DNA from: Oculina patagonica
Taxonomy: Eukaryota
DNA length: 64,000 nucleotides
NCBI RefSeq assembly: GCF_052425735.1
Contig: NC_135761.1
Coordinates: forward strand, 38,812,001 to 38,876,000
Reading direction: 5' to 3'
Shown: one piece after another, positions 61,504 to 64,000 of the stretch
How positions within the stretch are numbered: position 1 is the stretch's first letter
Layout of the letters: every line of letters begins with the position of its first letter
Position numbers and translations under genes: made by a program
Notes under the pieces: model-generated
What the model was told of the DNA's origin: nothing
The model's input: only the letters and a program-made list of their open reading frames with translations
Database searches by the model: none

Positions 61504-62289
61504 GTTGGACGTGGCTGCATCGCAGTCTGTTGGTCCCTCAACGCTAGTGCAAATTTTATCTTTGTTTTAATTTTACTCAGTTATTTCTGTTACTTTTGCC
61601 ATTTCCTGCACTACCTTGTGGTAGACGTGGCTGCACTGCAGTTTGTTGGTCCCTCAACGCTAGTACATTTATTATTTTATTTGACATGTACATACAACAT
61701 TTCCCCCTTCCACATGCATACTTCTCCCCTCCTTATTCCCACTATTTTTAGTGGAGACTTGGGAACCCATTAGCTTGGGATTCCATACATTAACACCTGG
61801 GATGCCACAAAGGTTGCTAGTGAAACTACTGGTTTTGTTTGCTTGTTTTTTTTTTTTCGACAACAAGTTTATTTAGACTTGATTCAAGAAAATACTTTTC
61901 CCTGGCTTAATAACAAGCCCTACAACTATTGTTTTTACCTTCTTTATCAGACTTGTCGCAGACAACCTCAACTTTACTATCAAGGCAACAAAATAGTTAG
62001 AAAACAAGTCATTCCATTGGTCTATGCAATGCTGTTACAAACAGAGTAAATCCTGACAGTGGCCTCTATTATGACAAGCCTGAAATGAAGTTTTATTTGA
62101 GACTTTGAAACACGACTATTTCTAAACATTTTCACTGACACTTTGAACGCTAATGACCGCGAAACACTCATTTAATATTCTTATACAATACTTGCAAAAA
62201 CTTCGGCCGTTTAATTTTCGGACGCTTTAAATTTTATTTGACACAAATTTTGGACAAAAATTCCGTAAATTGTTTCCTTTCTTGTAAGA

Positions 62290-62496
62290 ATGGCAGCTCC
62301 ACGAATTACAGAGCGAGCCATGTTTCGAAAATTCGTCTATGTTGACGCTTTACTGGTCGCAGCGGCGAACAAAAAAGTATATAAGTTGACAGAAGCGGGA
62401 AGGGTAAAGAAGATTGAGTTTACTCGCAAAACTACAGCCGCCGAAATGAAGGCGAAGCTCATGTGCAAATTTCCGTCCCTGATCGTAAATCTGTAA
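62290..62496 (+). CDS. Probable first exon of an uncharacterised protein (possible ubiquitin-like N-domain)
   Basis: Open frame MAAPRITERAMFRKFVYVDALL..LTEAGRVKKIEFTRKTTAAEMKAKL..KFPSL; degenerate paralogs at 56991 and 50699. Confidence 0.4.
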   Translation: MAAPRITERAMFRKFVYVDALLVAAANKKVYKLTEAGRVKKIEFTRKTTAAEMKAKLMCKFPSLIVNL

Positions 62497-63234
62497 ATTT
62501 TAACGCTGGTAGTAGTGGTGTCAACAGCAATTTATATGACAAGAGTGAAAATTTTATACCACTTGGTGTTGGCAACTCGGATGATGCAGAGAAAATAAAG
62601 ATGATAAATACATATTTTTTTCTTGGGCAAGCACAGACGTTGACCTATTGCACAGCCATTTTCATTGTAGCTGTACAGGATAAATATCCAAACCAAGAAC
62701 ACGAAAACACAAAAAAACATTGCAGAATGTTGCTGAATTTTAGAAGCTCAAGCAAGCAAAGGAAAAAGGGTTAAGGGTACCCTTTAGTAAATCTGAGTCT
62801 GACAAGCTGATAATTAATGGAAAGGTTGTTTCATAAACCCCCATACGGTCACTGTTTTAATATTATGGACATTCCTCAGAATTATGCTTGTAGAAAGCTG
62901 CGTTTAAATAATAGTGTGATAATTTACAATAGGTAAGACAAAAGTAAGTAAGGTATGACAAAGCGTTGCTTATCATGAGGCCAAAAGGTCAAAATTTGCT
63001 TAACTTTCGAAACCAGTTCCATTCTTAATGGCAGCACAAATGAGATCATTTTCTTGTTGTCTTTTAAATTTTGTTTGTCGTAATTCATTTCAAAGATATG
63101 TGGTTTTGTGTACTTTTTTCATTTTTGTTTTTGAAGATGGCTATTTGGCATGTTAGTACTGATCTACACTACACTTCATTAGTGTTTCTTGAGTATAGGC
63201 TTAGGTGAGTATTGTCCAGTCCACTAAAGTCATC

Positions 63235-63530
63235 TTTAGTATAAGACCCCTTATCATTGCTATTATCACCCCACTAATGAAGCCTGTACACAAAGATGTT
63301 CCCCAATCAGGCAATCTAGTTTTTATCGATGCCACATGAACACTTAAGAGTACAATTTGAACATTTTTATTATGTGTACGCACAGTTTTGGAGCTCTGCC
63401 ATTGGGCATTTTGATAACTAGTGATGAAAGGAAGAGTACACTTAAGCAGGGCTTTGAGATGCTGAAGTCCTGTTTGTCAAACTTTGTTGTCCATGGACCC
63501 CAATTTGGTCCTCAGGCGATTGTCAATGGC
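63235..63530 (+). pseudogene. SWIM-type MULE transposase core fragment
   Basis: IAIITPLMK.VH..VPQSG.LVFIDAT*, then FIMCTHSFGALPLGILITSDE..STL..GF..LK..GP..GP. Confidence 0.75.
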
Positions 63531-63569
63531 AATATAGGCAGTATGTATATATTAATATTCTAACTTAGT

Positions 63570-63696
63570 TCCAAAGCAGAGGATACAGAATTGTTGGAAA
63601 TCATTATAGCAAAGAATATTAAATCAAGGACTGAACTGCTAGCATTAGCCCGAGAACAGAAGATGGAGGGGAAAACTGATCTTGCAGATATGATAA
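63570..63696 (+). pseudogene. Short fragment resembling the linker region of invertebrate Rep/NS1-like (HUH + SF3 helicase) TE proteins
   Basis: EIIIAKNIKSRTELLALAREQKMEGKTDLA, recognised from memory of that family. No catalytic motif is present. Confidence 0.35.
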
Positions 63697-63900
63697 TTAA
63701 AACCATCCTTTTGTTCATTGATGAAATAGTTTCGTTTATTAATGCCTTATCTAGGGATTTAATAGTGTTAGCCACACGTAGGGAAAACTCTTCATGTTTC
63801 ATACTTTGTTATTTCTGAGCGCATCTTCACGCAGCACTTCTTTCACAATATGGAAAATGTTTTCAATTGGATTGATGTTGGGACTGCGAGGTGGTACTGC
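63697..63900 (-). pseudogene. Tc1-like DDE transposase C-terminal fragment
   Basis: PPRSPNINPIENIFHIVK (SPDLNPIEN motif), then INETISSMNKRMVLII. Confidence 0.8.
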
Positions 63901-64000
63901 GAGGTGTGGCTGGCAGAAAACCTTTCTTTAACTTTGTATTATTGATTTGTTTTGTTTTTTATTTTATTATTTTTTTATTTTACTTTTTAACATTTTTTGC

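Overview
AT-rich eukaryotic (animal) genomic DNA with spliceosomal GT-AG introns and two N gaps. The repeat repertoire suggests a cnidarian such as a scleractinian coral, but this is inference. I found no intact housekeeping gene. The window is a transposable-element graveyard containing pogo/Tc1, hAT, PIF/Harbinger, MULE, Kolobok-like, Ginger/KRBA2-like integrase, DIRS/Ngaro-like YR, Penelope-like, Tx1/L1, L2-group LINE, tRNA-derived SINE and MITE pieces. It also holds an intron-containing EXO1-like pseudogene, several local segmental duplications, and one copy that looks like an assembly artefact. The only apparently intact TE gene is a two-exon Crypton-type tyrosine recombinase (30273-31702, 439 aa). 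It sits in a ~2.05 kb element with an unusual end structure: an asymmetric inverted repeat plus a ~190-nt terminal hairpin. Most of the hairpin mismatches (periodic TC/TC 2x2 loops, A.C pairs, a TTC triloop) become stabilising on the bottom strand, as tandem sheared GA pairs, G.T wobbles and a c-GAA-g triloop. A sequence-unrelated non-autonomous element at 22311-22755 has the same structural grammar. This suggests a strand-selective folded-ssDNA substrate for a eukaryotic tyrosine recombinase, reminiscent of integron attC sites. All family assignments come from motif recognition by eye; no database searches were run.
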